A DNA stretch of 64,000 bases from Ascoidea asiatica JCM 7603 (GCA_001600695.1 BCKQ01000001.1:1676005-1740004), one strand, 5' to 3'. Positions 33,252 through 44,045 are shown, numbered from the stretch's first letter. The notes: generated from the sequence alone by a model not told the origin. Translations and numbers: made by a program.

Positions 33252-36200
33252 TCACTTCAATAATTTTTTATAATTACCACGGTAGATAACCTTTTTATAA
33301 TCTAAATGTTCCAACAACTTTTTCCAAAGCCAATTTCCTCTGAGAACATTTTCATTTCCAACAATAAACAAGCCTTTTTTAGCTCTGGTTAACGCAACAT
33401 TCGTTCTTCTTTGATTTCCAAGAAATCCAATATCCTTAGTTGAATTGGATCGAACGCATGAAAAAATAATATATTCTTTTTCTCTTCCTTGAAATGAGTC
33501 TATCGAACCAATTTCAACACCTCTGACATTTCTAATACTAGGTAAACTATCACTGCTATCTGAACACCGTTCATCTAACTTAAGCATTTTTTTTTTTAAG
33601 TTTAAGGTGATATTTTCAAATTCATTTTCCATACCACTCTTATTACTATTTTCATTTTCGTTACTGCTTGTATTCTGATTAAACTTTTTAATCTTCTTTT
33701 TACTTTTGCTTTTAACTTCACTTTTAACCTTTTCCTCTTTACATTCCTTTCTACTTTTCATTTCCTTTTTAGTTGCTTTTTCTACATAATTTTTATTCTC
33801 TTCAAATGAATGTGTGATACTGTCAATGACAAGATTTTCATTAATTTTAGATATATTCTTTCTAATATCTTTCTCCTTGCCATTTTTCCTTAGTTTTGCA
33901 GTTAAGATAACAGTACTCTTTGCCCCATATTTCGCCTTAAAACCATTTTCGATAGTCAACGACTCCTCACTATTTATCAACCGAGAGTCGTTCAGTTCCA
34001 ATGGCAATTTTTGGCTTGATTGAGAATGCTCCCATACCTTTATTTTCTTGCATTGGGTCTGGTTAAGATGTTCAATTCGACCAGATTGATTATTAGTTTC
34101 ACGGCTATTTTTGAAGTAAGAACTAACTTGCATTCCATTCTGAAGTTCAAAAGTCTTCTCCTTCATTGAGCCTTCTATTTCTTTAAAATTAATCTTTTTT
34201 GAGATTATTCTTTTATTTGGTCCCCAATAAAAGTTTTTAAAAAATTCTATTGCTAAACTGAACGTATTTTTCATCCAAGTGAATACACTAAATACATTAG
34301 ATTTCTTTTGTTTATTTTTTCTGTCTTTAAAATTAGCATTGATTTTTTTTGAATTAGTTGAATTAACAGGCTTCTTACATTTTAGCTCAATTTTTCCTTT
34401 TTCAATTTTATTCTTTAATGAGGCGAATTTAGCGTTTTTAATTCCTTCTTTTGGTGTACTTTCAGTTACTTCTTCAAGTTTTGGGTTATCTGCTATGTTT
34501 GTAATCAGAAATGAACTATCATTCAAATAAACATTTTTATCTCTGAGTACTGTAGGTTGAGTAAGTTGTTTGATTTTCTTATAACCAGATATATTCCTTG
34601 AAATGAATTCAATTTTGGAACCTTTAATGGTTGTCTCTTGGAAATTTGGTTCATCAATTTCAAGAGCTTGGATCTTAACATCTATTTGCTTTTTTTTTTT
34701 CATGTTCGAACGTTTTTGATCATTTATTCCCAAAAAATACATAATAATATCTCCAATAAGTTCTCGTTGGCCAGAATATGGAGTAATTACACCTATTTTT
34801 GATAAGGGAATATTTTTTCTCTGCATTAAATTCAAAATTATTTCTGCACAAATCAAAGCATCCATATGATTGTAATAAGTAGGTCTTTCTCCTCCTATCG
34901 AGGAGTCGGTAATCATTATTTTTTTTTCAAGATTTTCATGATGAAGAAAAATAACTTGATTATTCTCAGCCATCCAAAGAAATTTGGGTTTTGAATCCAT
35001 TCTATCTATATGTGTAACACCATCAACAAGCTTGTTTTTATAAAATTGTTTTCTTGGAAATTCACTAATTGAAGGATGCATCCGATATTGTGTATTTAAC
35101 ATAATAATCTGCTGTGGATTACTGGTAGAATATCTTTCAAAAAATGATAACTCCAAAGCCTTTGGAGCCTTGCGATGTAAAAAGGGACCAAGTTGTTTGG
35201 GATCACCTACAAGAATAATCTTAAAATGATTCAATGATCTTAAATTGGATATTGGAATCATCAAATCTGCTTCTCTAACCTGAGCAGCTTCATCAACTAA
35301 TAGATAATCAAACTCAATTTTAGAAAGTTTTGGATCACCAGAAACAGCAGTAGTACAACAAATAATATTTGAGGTATTCAATAATTGATTTTCGAAAAGC
35401 TTGACCTTTCTAAAAACTTTATTAATTGTACTCTGATTTTCAAGCTTGGAATTCAAAAAAGAAAGATATTGTGATTTCATAGTTTCAGGTAATAGAGAGT
35501 ACACTTTTGATTGTAAACATAAATCAGTCACATTACTTTTATTCAAAGAACTTTTTGGATCATAATTAGAAGCTCTTGCTCTTGATACAACCCTTAAAAC
35601 ATTTAATCCCTCATGGGAAAGCTTTTCAGCAAGATTATCAACCGCCATATTTGAACTAGAGAATACCAAAAAATTTCTATGGGGATTCAAATGAAGTATT
35701 TGTTTGACGATTTCTGCAGAGGTTGTTGTTTTACCTGTTCCAGGAGGACCTCTGATGAAAGTTAGCTCATTATCTAAGCAGCTTTGAATTGCTACATTTT
35801 GAGAAGAATTGAATTTTAGATTTTGTTTAGAAGAGTTGGTGTTATCTTTGGTATTGAGATAATTGAAGAACTTCAAGGACTCACAATTAACTAAACAGTC
35901 AAATATTAATAGAAGTGAGCTTAAGCCTTTAATTCTTTCAAAAAATTTTGCGGATGCTAAAATAGTTCTTTGAAGAGTTACATCTGGTATAAAAACATGC
36001 AAGCCAGTAGAATAATCGAGCTCCTTACTCAAATCATTACGAATAGTCTTAAAAATAATTTTTGTAAAATTTACTGGATCCTCAAAATTGTCCTTTCCCA
36101 TCAAATTAACAAAAGAAATTTTTAATAAAAATAAATCTTCTTTTAAAGGATGATAAAGGTAAATAAAAGTATTCTCAAGTATATTTTTGATTCTTAGTTG

Positions 36201-36383
36201 AGAAAATTGTTTTTTAATATCCTTTAATTCATAAAAATCTTCTAATGTTAAAGTAATTGTTTGCTTCCCATTTTTATTCTTGAAAGAAACCTTGAAATTT
36301 TCAAATGATTTGAATGATCTGAATTGCTCCAAAAAAACATTTTCTAATAAATTATTTAAATATAAACGGCAATTTTTAACCAT
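33252..36383 (-). CDS. Upf1-like SF1B helicase (Ecm32/Mtt1-like) with large insertion in RecA2
   Basis: GPPGTGKT, SNMAVDNLAEKL, DEAAQ, VGDPKQL, QYRMHP, IGVITPYSGQ, IDSFQGREK, NVALTRAK; no Upf1 CH zinc domain. Confidence 0.85.
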   Translation of the reverse strand: MVKNCRLYLNNLLENVFLEQFRSFKSFENFKVSFKNKNGKQTITLTLEDFYELKDIKKQFSQLRIKNILENTFIYLYHPLKEDLFLLKISFVNLMGKDNFEDPVNFTKIIFKTIRNDLSKELDYSTGLHVFIPDVTLQRTILASAKFFERIKGLSSLLLIFDCLVNCESLKFFNYLNTKDNTNSSKQNLKFNSSQNVAIQSCLDNELTFIRGPPGTGKTTTSAEIVKQILHLNPHRNFLVFSSSNMAVDNLAEKLSHEGLNVLRVVSRARASNYDPKSSLNKSNVTDLCLQSKVYSLLPETMKSQYLSFLNSKLENQSTINKVFRKVKLFENQLLNTSNIICCTTAVSGDPKLSKIEFDYLLVDEAAQVREADLMIPISNLRSLNHFKIILVGDPKQLGPFLHRKAPKALELSFFERYSTSNPQQIIMLNTQYRMHPSISEFPRKQFYKNKLVDGVTHIDRMDSKPKFLWMAENNQVIFLHHENLEKKIMITDSSIGGERPTYYNHMDALICAEIILNLMQRKNIPLSKIGVITPYSGQRELIGDIIMYFLGINDQKRSNMKKKKQIDVKIQALEIDEPNFQETTIKGSKIEFISRNISGYKKIKQLTQPTVLRDKNVYLNDSSFLITNIADNPKLEEVTESTPKEGIKNAKFASLKNKIEKGKIELKCKKPVNSTNSKKINANFKDRKNKQKKSNVFSVFTWMKNTFSLAIEFFKNFYWGPNKRIISKKINFKEIEGSMKEKTFELQNGMQVSSYFKNSRETNNQSGRIEHLNQTQCKKIKVWEHSQSSQKLPLELNDSRLINSEESLTIENGFKAKYGAKSTVILTAKLRKNGKEKDIRKNISKINENLVIDSITHSFEENKNYVEKATKKEMKSRKECKEEKVKSEVKSKSKKKIKKFNQNTSSNENENSNKSGMENEFENITLNLKKKMLKLDERCSDSSDSLPSIRNVRGVEIGSIDSFQGREKEYIIFSCVRSNSTKDIGFLGNQRRTNVALTRAKKGLFIVGNENVLRGNWLWKKLLEHLDYKKVIYRGNYKKLLK

Positions 36384-36551
36384 GATTAATTAATTACGAA
36401 TTGTAATAATTTAAGTATTGAATCCATATTTGAAAAGATTGATGAGATTTGTACAATATAACATCCAATTTTTATATGATGCTCAGAATCACTAGGATTA
36501 AATTTAATCAAAGAATAAAAAAAAGAATAATTAAAAGTTTCCTAAATCAGA

Positions 36552-36882
36552 ATCTGTTTCTAGCATGTAATAATGCCAACAGATCCAGCATGGTTTGAAA
36601 TCATAAAGTCTTGTTAGGGCGAGCCTCTAATGATATTCCTATTCGTGCTTGTTGAATTGTTAAATCAACCTTACCGGATTAAAATTTCAAACCAAATTCT
36701 GCTTATTCTAATTATCGTAATTTATTTTTATTTTCTTCAGACTAGTTTGAGTTGAATCACTACTGAAATATCAGTAACATAGAAAATGAAAATCAGAGTC
36801 CAGTATTGCGGTACTCCTCGGAGCTCTGCTGTTATCAGAGCAACGGTAGTGTAACATTAAAATGTTATTGCCGACGCTGCAA
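36552..36882 (+). ncRNA. Candidate structured non-coding RNA or structured leader (unassigned)
   Basis: At least seven stems, including a multi-way junction with G-U pairs on the + strand. Confidence 0.35.
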
Positions 36883-37007
36883 AAGAGTAATAAAATAGAA
36901 TTAAAAGAACAATTAAAAGGAATCAAATAAGTATTTAAATAGCTTCTTTCTCTATTATTACCCACTTTGTTTTGTTAAAGAATATCATATATTATGCCAA
37001 TGAAATA

Positions 37008-37334
37008 ATGTCTTCTAACTTAGGAAACGAACAGAATACAAAAGAACTAGGAAATAGGTTGCTAGAGACCATACAAGAAAATACTTCAAAGCTGGAAATT
37101 AATACAAAAGCATCAGACTCTAGTGAAACGGAAATCGAAAATGCAAATGAGGAGTTCAATGAAAATGATGAAGAAAAATTACTTGAGGAGGTTCTTTTTT
37201 TGAGAGATAAATTACAATTTATAGTTTCTACGATTTCAAAAACCAAAAGAAGCTGTGATAAATTGAAACAAGAAAACAAAAATTTACAAGATTATGTTGG
37301 TAATTTAATGTCCAGTGGTACATTTATGCCTTAG
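37008..37334 (+). CDS. SLO1: Short coiled-coil SCOCO/Slo1-like protein
   Basis: C-terminal KTKRSCDKLKQENKNLQDYVGNLMS matches the SCOC/Slo1 pattern KLKSENQVLGQYIENLMS; ATG at 37008. Confidence 0.75.
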   Translation: MSSNLGNEQNTKELGNRLLETIQENTSKLEINTKASDSSETEIENANEEFNENDEEKLLEEVLFLRDKLQFIVSTISKTKRSCDKLKQENKNLQDYVGNLMSSGTFMP

Positions 37335-38292
37335 GTTAATTGATTAATAAGACAGTATGTGCTTTATTGCCAGTTTATTTTTTTCAAACAAAGTTAATTT
37401 TCATTAGAAAATAATTTATTCTGAAAAAGATAATCTGGAAACGGATAAATGATTCTTGGGTCTTTTAGCTTTTTATGTAAAATTAATTTATTGTTAACGA
37501 CACTTTTAAATCTATTTCAAATTTTTATTTCTACTTGATAGTTACATTATTTGATCAGTCGACCCGAATGCGTTCTCCCCAGTTTTTCCTGGTAATAAAT
37601 ATCCACTTTTCATATTTATTTAATTTTTAGCTCCCGAATGTTAATTTTGATATGCAATTTTTTCTTGTAGAATTGTTTTTTAGAGCAGTCCGGTAAAAAG
37701 CCTTATTACAAAACAACAAAGAATAAATATTATTTGATACATCTACTATTACTTTTACTATTAGTAGTAACTCTTATTTATAGCACTCAGCCAATAAATA
37801 TCAATACTTCACCACTCGGTGAAAACTCAAAAATTAGATTTGAAACTTTCAAAAATTCTAATTTTACAAATAGGAAAATCCGGTAGTATTCTAAAAGTAA
37901 TGAATTGAAATGTTCCTTTATTATCAACTCTTTGAAATACTTTTTTTTTATAAGACAATCAATTCCCTTTTGAATGAAATATATTTTTGAATATTCATTT
38001 ACAGTCTTTAATTGCAATTTACACTATTAGTAAATTCTATACTGTGTTAATGAAGGTCTCAATTTTGACTAACTAACTTGAATGATCAGTGGTTAAGTTC
38101 TCTCCTCTTTTTTGTTTGTAATAGTGATTGAACTATGATTTTATTCTAAATGAAGTGTTAATTTTTCAAAATATCTGGATTTATTATAAATAAACCAGGA
38201 ATCCATCAATATTCTCAATCCGAGTTACTATTTTTTAATGGTCTTTAATTAGCAAAATTTCACTAACACTGTTTTTTTTGTATTTTTATAAA

Positions 38293-40269
38293 ATGTTTCA
38301 ACTATTTAATCCTTGCTGCTCTATTATCCTTTTATTGGCGATAAATGTTTTTGCCTTTCCTTTTGATAAAAGGGATGTTTCTGTTAAAATTTCTGATGCT
38401 TCAACAAATCAAACTTCTTCAATACTTTATGGGGTTATGTTTGAAGATATAAATAATTCAGGTGATGGTGGTATTTATGGTGAATTATTGTCCAATAGAC
38501 AATGGAATTCAAAGCAAACTCTCTATGAAAATTATGCTACTGTAGGTGATGTTACCTTATCTTTGGTTGATGACACTGTTTCTACTGGATTAACTAAGGC
38601 TTTGGAAATGGCTGTTGGAACTTGCTCTTCAAACACTGGGGAAATTGGATTTTCAAATGATGGATGGTGGGGTATAAGTGTCAGATCAAATATGACTTAT
38701 ACTGCTAGATTTTATGTTAAAACTCCATCAGGTTTTGATGGATCTTTTACTGTAAGTTTAAGAACATTAACAGGCTCAACTACTTATGCTACATCAACTG
38801 CCAAAACATCCAATGGTACTTCTCTTTTCCCTGCAAAATCAAATGACTATGTCTTATACACTGCAGAATTAACTCCAGATAGTTCATCTTCAGATCTCAC
38901 AAATGGTTTTTATATCACTCTCCATGAATGTTCCTCTTATGCTAGTGAAGACTTTTATTTTGGATTCGTTTCCCTATTTGCAGAAAATTACAATTCGAAG
39001 CCTAATGGATTAAGAAAAGATATTGCTGATACATTAAAAGATTTAAATCCAACCTTTTTAAGAATTGGTGGCAATAATCTTGAAGGCCCTGATGTAGCCA
39101 ATCGTTTTATTTGGAATAATACCGTTGGACCAGTTATTGATCGTCCTGGAAGAACTGGTGCTTGGGGTTATTATAATACTGAAGGTTTAGGTCTTGAAGA
39201 ATATCTTCAATGGTGTGAAGATATGAATATTGCTGCCATATTAGGAGTATATGATGGCTATTCATTAGATGGTACTGCTATTGCTAAGGATAGTTTGACC
39301 CCATATATCAATGAAGTTTTGAATGAATTAGAATACCTTTTTGGTGATTCAGATACTACCTATGGTGCTCTAAGAATAAAAAATGGTAGAGAAGACCCAT
39401 ACAGTGTTGACATGATTGAAATTGGTAACGAAGACTTTATTTCAACTGCCTCAACTGAAAGTGCTGGTTATAGATTTAATGCATTTTATGATGCATTATA
39501 TGCAAAATACCCAAATAAGACATATATTGCAACTACTCAATATAATATTGTTTTCCCAGAAAACGTTTGGTGGGATCAACATTATTATGAAAATCCAGCA
39601 TGGTTTATTGATAGTTTTAATTTATATGATAACTATGATAGAACTGGTAATAATAAAATATTTGTTGGTGAATATGCTACTACTCAAGAAACTGGCTCAT
39701 GTTGTGATAATAGAATGGCTAACCCTTACCTTTATGGAAGTTTAGCAGAAGCTGTATTTATGATGGGATGTGAGAGAAATTCTGATCAAGTTACTACTTT
39801 AGCTTATGCTCCACTCTTACAAAATTTGAATAGATATCAATGGACCCCTGATTTAATTTCATTTAATGCTAATTTTGATGATATTGTTTTATCAACATCT
39901 TATTATGTCCAACAATTAATGGGAAGTGTATTAGGTGAAGAAACTTTAGAAGTTAGTAATGCTGCTTATGGACCTTTGTATTACGTCGCAACATATACAA
40001 GTTCTTCTAAAGTTATTTATATCAAATTAGCTAATATTGAATCTTCAGAATACACTTTTACTGCTTCTCTTGATATTAGTGCTTTCACAACTGCTTCAGC
40101 CACTATCAAGGCAACTGCCATTAGTGATTCAGATAGCTCGGTAATTAACACTTTAAATAATGCTAATGTTGTTTCATATGATGCTTCTTCAAATGTTACT
40201 TTCTCTGATGGCTCAGTAACAATCATAGCACCTGCTTATTCTTTGATTGTTGTTACTCTTCAATTTTAA
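38293..40269 (+). CDS. Secreted GH51 alpha-L-arabinofuranosidase
   Basis: Signal peptide plus KR site, GVMFEDINNSGDGGIYGEL, LRIGGNNLEG (acid/base Glu), EIGNED, FVGEYA (nucleophile Glu), ERNSD, YAPLL, WTPDLISF; ATG at 38293. Confidence 0.95.
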   Translation: MFQLFNPCCSIILLLAINVFAFPFDKRDVSVKISDASTNQTSSILYGVMFEDINNSGDGGIYGELLSNRQWNSKQTLYENYATVGDVTLSLVDDTVSTGLTKALEMAVGTCSSNTGEIGFSNDGWWGISVRSNMTYTARFYVKTPSGFDGSFTVSLRTLTGSTTYATSTAKTSNGTSLFPAKSNDYVLYTAELTPDSSSSDLTNGFYITLHECSSYASEDFYFGFVSLFAENYNSKPNGLRKDIADTLKDLNPTFLRIGGNNLEGPDVANRFIWNNTVGPVIDRPGRTGAWGYYNTEGLGLEEYLQWCEDMNIAAILGVYDGYSLDGTAIAKDSLTPYINEVLNELEYLFGDSDTTYGALRIKNGREDPYSVDMIEIGNEDFISTASTESAGYRFNAFYDALYAKYPNKTYIATTQYNIVFPENVWWDQHYYENPAWFIDSFNLYDNYDRTGNNKIFVGEYATTQETGSCCDNRMANPYLYGSLAEAVFMMGCERNSDQVTTLAYAPLLQNLNRYQWTPDLISFNANFDDIVLSTSYYVQQLMGSVLGEETLEVSNAAYGPLYYVATYTSSSKVIYIKLANIESSEYTFTASLDISAFTTASATIKATAISDSDSSVINTLNNANVVSYDASSNVTFSDGSVTIIAPAYSLIVVTLQF

Positions 40270-40651
40270 AGATAAAATTGTATGATTTCTATATCACGCA
40301 CACAAAAAAAATTTTACACTTTACTTTTTTTTCAATCTAGCCTTTTCAAAATTTCATTTATGATAAACTATTCATGACCTATTTTTTTTTTTAATGCATA
40401 CTTTTATTTTTAAACCCATCTTTTGTTTCATTAAAGGAGCATCCAAAGAACTAACTTTTAATAATCTAGTCAACTAAAATCTACAATGAATGCTGCAATA
40501 ATTAACATTATGTGGTACTATTCTTTAAACATGACTAACAATCGACTTAAAAATTGAAAATCAAGGCATTTTAAACAATCTCAAATAAGCAAGGTCTCTT
40601 TCGACGAACTTGCCCGAATTGCTACCCATTCATTAAACTTTATTGAGTATA

Positions 40652-42835
40652 TTAAGATTCTTTGCATTTTGTCAAAACTGCAGTATCGAGTAATGAATCC
40701 AAAAAATCATAAACTTTTGTTGAATCTTCATTTTGCATAGGATGTTTTGAAAAATACATGTCCATTAAAAGCTTTAGTTTTTGGGTAGTCTCAGCATCAT
40801 AGGATTTTATGTAGCACAAAGGCCTAGAATCAAAGCTGGATACTGATCCACTGGAGTGAAATGAAATATCTGCTTTAGAAATACGACTTTTGAAAGAATT
40901 TATTTTATTTGTTTTTTCATTATCTGCTGATTGTAAGATCTCCACTGCTTCTTTTTGACGATGAAATAGGGACTTCGTTTCCATATAAATTCTTTGAAAA
41001 AAATTCTTCCAATAGTTCTTACATATTAAATTATTCTCAGCAGTTAATTTCAAAGTAGAACTACTATCTATAATGTAATGTACAAATAAAATTAATGAAC
41101 ATATCAAACTAGTAAAGGTTAGAATAGTTATACCAACAAAAGAATTGATAAAATTGTAATTAGGTTGTAAAGTAGAACTAGAGAGGGAACTTTCATCTGA
41201 GCTTAGTCCAAAAATGTTAGCAATTGCAACTCCAGATGATGTAAACGCTAACCCAATTGATTTTCCAATTGGATCAACGGTATATTCCGTTAAATAACAA
41301 AGATTGAAAATTATTGTTAGTTGAACAAATAAATTAGTTATAGTACTGAATAATAAGTTAAGTTTCTTGTTTGAATTCGTGTAAATTGATAAAAGTACCA
41401 AAGAAAAAATGAATTGAAAAAACAAAGGTAAAATCAAAGCCAAACCTTTTCTAAAGCCCATCCAATTATCATAAACTATTGATAAAATTGGCACAATAAA
41501 AACAGAAATCCAAAACCCTATTTTAGCGATTGCTATTCCTTTAATCGTTGAATTATTGTTGTTATTTACATTTATACAAGATGACAAAATATTTTCAGAA
41601 TTTGAACAAGTTAAAGAAATAAATGAGTGTAAAAAATTAGACCAATCTTCAAATGAGGTTTTTAAATCATCTTGAGAAAATTCTTTTTTATTTGAAAATA
41701 ATTTATGAGATATCAATCTTTTCGCTTCAATTTTTGATTTAAATTTTGATCCCTCATCAATTTTAACTTGATTTATACATAATTTCTTTAAATTCACATC
41801 ATTCAAGCCAATTGTTTCGCTATGTTTCTCAGATTTAAAAAAACGACCGATAATTATATCTGAAAAACATCTAGAATCGTTATCAAATTTGGGTAAGAAA
41901 AAAAGATCTAAGGAAGATATTAGAAGAGTAGAAAGCCCAACAATTAAGTAACAAAATTTCCAGTTCAGCCAAACCAGCAGATTAATATGCTTGATTATAC
42001 TATTATAAATTAATTCAGTACATGATGATCCAAGAAGACTACCAACGTAAACAATGCATAATCGAGTTGGAGTTAATCTAGAAGTTGAATCTGTCCATGA
42101 TGAAACGTAAACTAAAATGCATGAAGAAAGCCCGGCAGAAGAGGCAGTTTGAATAAGTCTTACAATCAAAAACCCGACAAAATTATAGATAAAAAAAGCG
42201 AAAATATTAGTAATTGACAAAAATAATAATTGCAAACCAATAACATAACCGCCAAATTTCTGAAATAGAATATTTAAAAAAACTGGAAAAATTATCAGAA
42301 TTAAGGAAAGAATTGAAGAAGTTATTGAGAGTTTATTAGAAGATAAGTTTAACTCAGCAATCATATCCGAATTATCTAACAATAAATTCATTATTGAATC
42401 GTTCAATTGATATATAAAAAAAGATAAAAATAATAAAAATAAGCACCTATTTTTCTGTATGGAGATTTTTAAAACCTTGACAACGTCTAAAAATTTCACT
42501 AAAATTGAACTTAAGCTTTTTCCGGGAAATACTCTCAGTTCTCGTTCATGTAAAGTATCTGGAGTTGATTGTTGAATTGTAATATATTGATTCAAATGAT
42601 TGCTTTTATCCTTTTTACTTTTTGTTATTGAACTAGTGCTTATGGAATCTGATTGTTCTTCAAAAAGTGATTCGACGAATGGCTTAATTGAATTCTGGAA
42701 AAAAGAGTCTAATGTTTCCTCATAATTCGAGTCCTTTGTAATGTGAGAAAATCTTGAAAATAGTTCATTAATTATTTTATTATTATTTGGATTATCCAAG
42801 TCTATTTGGTTTATCACTACCTGACTTGAAGACAT
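40652..42835 (-). CDS. Highly diverged MFS transporter (anion:cation symporter/allantoate permease-like)
   Basis: About 12 hydrophobic segments; WLNWKFCYLIVGLSTLL..FFLP and GFLIVRL..AG..YVSSW echo ACS-family motifs. Confidence 0.7.
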   Translation of the reverse strand: MSSSQVVINQIDLDNPNNNKIINELFSRFSHITKDSNYEETLDSFFQNSIKPFVESLFEEQSDSISTSSITKSKKDKSNHLNQYITIQQSTPDTLHERELRVFPGKSLSSILVKFLDVVKVLKISIQKNRCLFLLFLSFFIYQLNDSIMNLLLDNSDMIAELNLSSNKLSITSSILSLILIIFPVFLNILFQKFGGYVIGLQLLFLSITNIFAFFIYNFVGFLIVRLIQTASSAGLSSCILVYVSSWTDSTSRLTPTRLCIVYVGSLLGSSCTELIYNSIIKHINLLVWLNWKFCYLIVGLSTLLISSLDLFFLPKFDNDSRCFSDIIIGRFFKSEKHSETIGLNDVNLKKLCINQVKIDEGSKFKSKIEAKRLISHKLFSNKKEFSQDDLKTSFEDWSNFLHSFISLTCSNSENILSSCINVNNNNNSTIKGIAIAKIGFWISVFIVPILSIVYDNWMGFRKGLALILPLFFQFIFSLVLLSIYTNSNKKLNLLFSTITNLFVQLTIIFNLCYLTEYTVDPIGKSIGLAFTSSGVAIANIFGLSSDESSLSSSTLQPNYNFINSFVGITILTFTSLICSLILFVHYIIDSSSTLKLTAENNLICKNYWKNFFQRIYMETKSLFHRQKEAVEILQSADNEKTNKINSFKSRISKADISFHSSGSVSSFDSRPLCYIKSYDAETTQKLKLLMDMYFSKHPMQNEDSTKVYDFLDSLLDTAVLTKCKES

Positions 42836-43517
42836 ATTGCTATTTATGAGAATATATTTTTGATTTTGATTGAATCTTTATGAACTGATTCAAGTAGGGT
42901 TAAATAGTAAATTTGCAAAAGGTTAATACAGATATAAAAAAGCTCTAATAGATTCTCTAGTGCAATAGCTTTGAATTAAATACGCTTCCAATATCTGATT
43001 TATTTTTCTCATCAAGCCAAAATTCTTTTTACCTAGTGCTTAGCCAGTTAATTATATTAGATTATATTAGCTTAGATCAAGTATCATAACTTCTAATAAA
43101 TGATGCTATGATGTAAGACATTATTTTCGTTTATAGAACCAGTTATTTTTTTCATATTTTAAAATGATACTTATTTTTTTGTTTCTTGTAAATTACTGTA
43201 ACGATGATAAATTCTAAATATTTGGTATGCTTTTATCCGATTTTAAGGTTTAACATTAAGGACAATAGAGCAAAGCTAGCGGAAGCTAATCTTGCCACTA
43301 AAATCACAATGAATTGTGTTTAATTTTCAAAATGCAGAGAATAGAAGAATCTATTGTATGAGATCTATTAATTTCCTATCGCAAAAGATCATTTACAGCT
43401 TTATCTTACAAAACAAGAAAAGAAAATAAAAATTATGCTTATTGTATTGAAACTAAGAGTAAGAACTATTGAAATGAGATAAAGACAATGGTAAATTATA
43501 AAAGAAGCACATTAGAT

Positions 43518-44045
43518 CTAAGCATAACTATATGTAGTTTCAGTATAGTCTTCAACTTCAGTTCCATATAAAGCATCTTGCTCTTCGGATTCTGTTTCAG
43601 ATGGTGCTTCAGATGGTGAGGCATTGAAAGTTTCTGAAGCAGCACTATAAGCTAACAAGGTGGTTGTACCATCTTGTGAAGCATTGTAAGTAGTAGTTTG
43701 ATAATCCACAACAGAAAGAACAGCGGAACTTGTAGTTCCATAATCTACAGTAGCAGCAGAACTAGTAGTTTCAGAATCAGCAACAGAAGTAGCAGCAGTA
43801 GTGGTAGCTTCGGAATCACTGCTTTCCATGACACATTGGTAATAATATTCATTTTGTTCAACACAAGTTCCAGTATTACAACAAGTTGCACCAGTCCAGT
43901 TCAAACCACCACATTGATAATATAAATCAACACAACTTGAGCTCGAACTTGATGAGGATTCGCTAGCAGCTGAGGTTGACAAAGTAGAGGAAGCCATAGC
44001 ATTGATTGCTAATGCAAAAACTAATAAAGAAGATTTGGTGAACAT
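43518..44045 (-). CDS. Secreted non-catalytic protein with fungal cellulose-binding module CBM1 and Ser/Thr-rich tail
   Basis: Signal peptide; [34 protein letters not shown] (43833-43934) matches the CBM1 consensus. Confidence 0.92.
   Translation of the reverse strand: MFTKSSLLVFALAINAMASSTLSTSAASESSSSSSSSCVDLYYQCGGLNWTGATCCNTGTCVEQNEYYYQCVMESSDSEATTTAATSVADSETTSSAATVDYGTTSSAVLSVVDYQTTTYNASQDGTTTLLAYSAASETFNASPSEAPSETESEEQDALYGTEVEDYTETTYSYA

Noticed and set aside
33525-34740. Intein or intron in the helicase
   Set aside because: No intein terminal residues or LAGLIDADG motifs; no TACTAAC; frame open throughout
36633-36695. snR30/U17 assignment from m1/m2-like motifs
   Set aside because: Basal stem and ACA box at the fixed distance are absent; left as an unassigned structured region
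38065-38292. 5'UTR intron of the GH51 (ACTAAC motifs)
   Set aside because: No convincing donor, and no AG between CACTAAC (38261) and the ATG
43070-43082. GCTTAGATCAAGT identical to part of U2 snRNA
   Set aside because: The branch-pairing GTAGTA and the upstream stem are missing; probably chance
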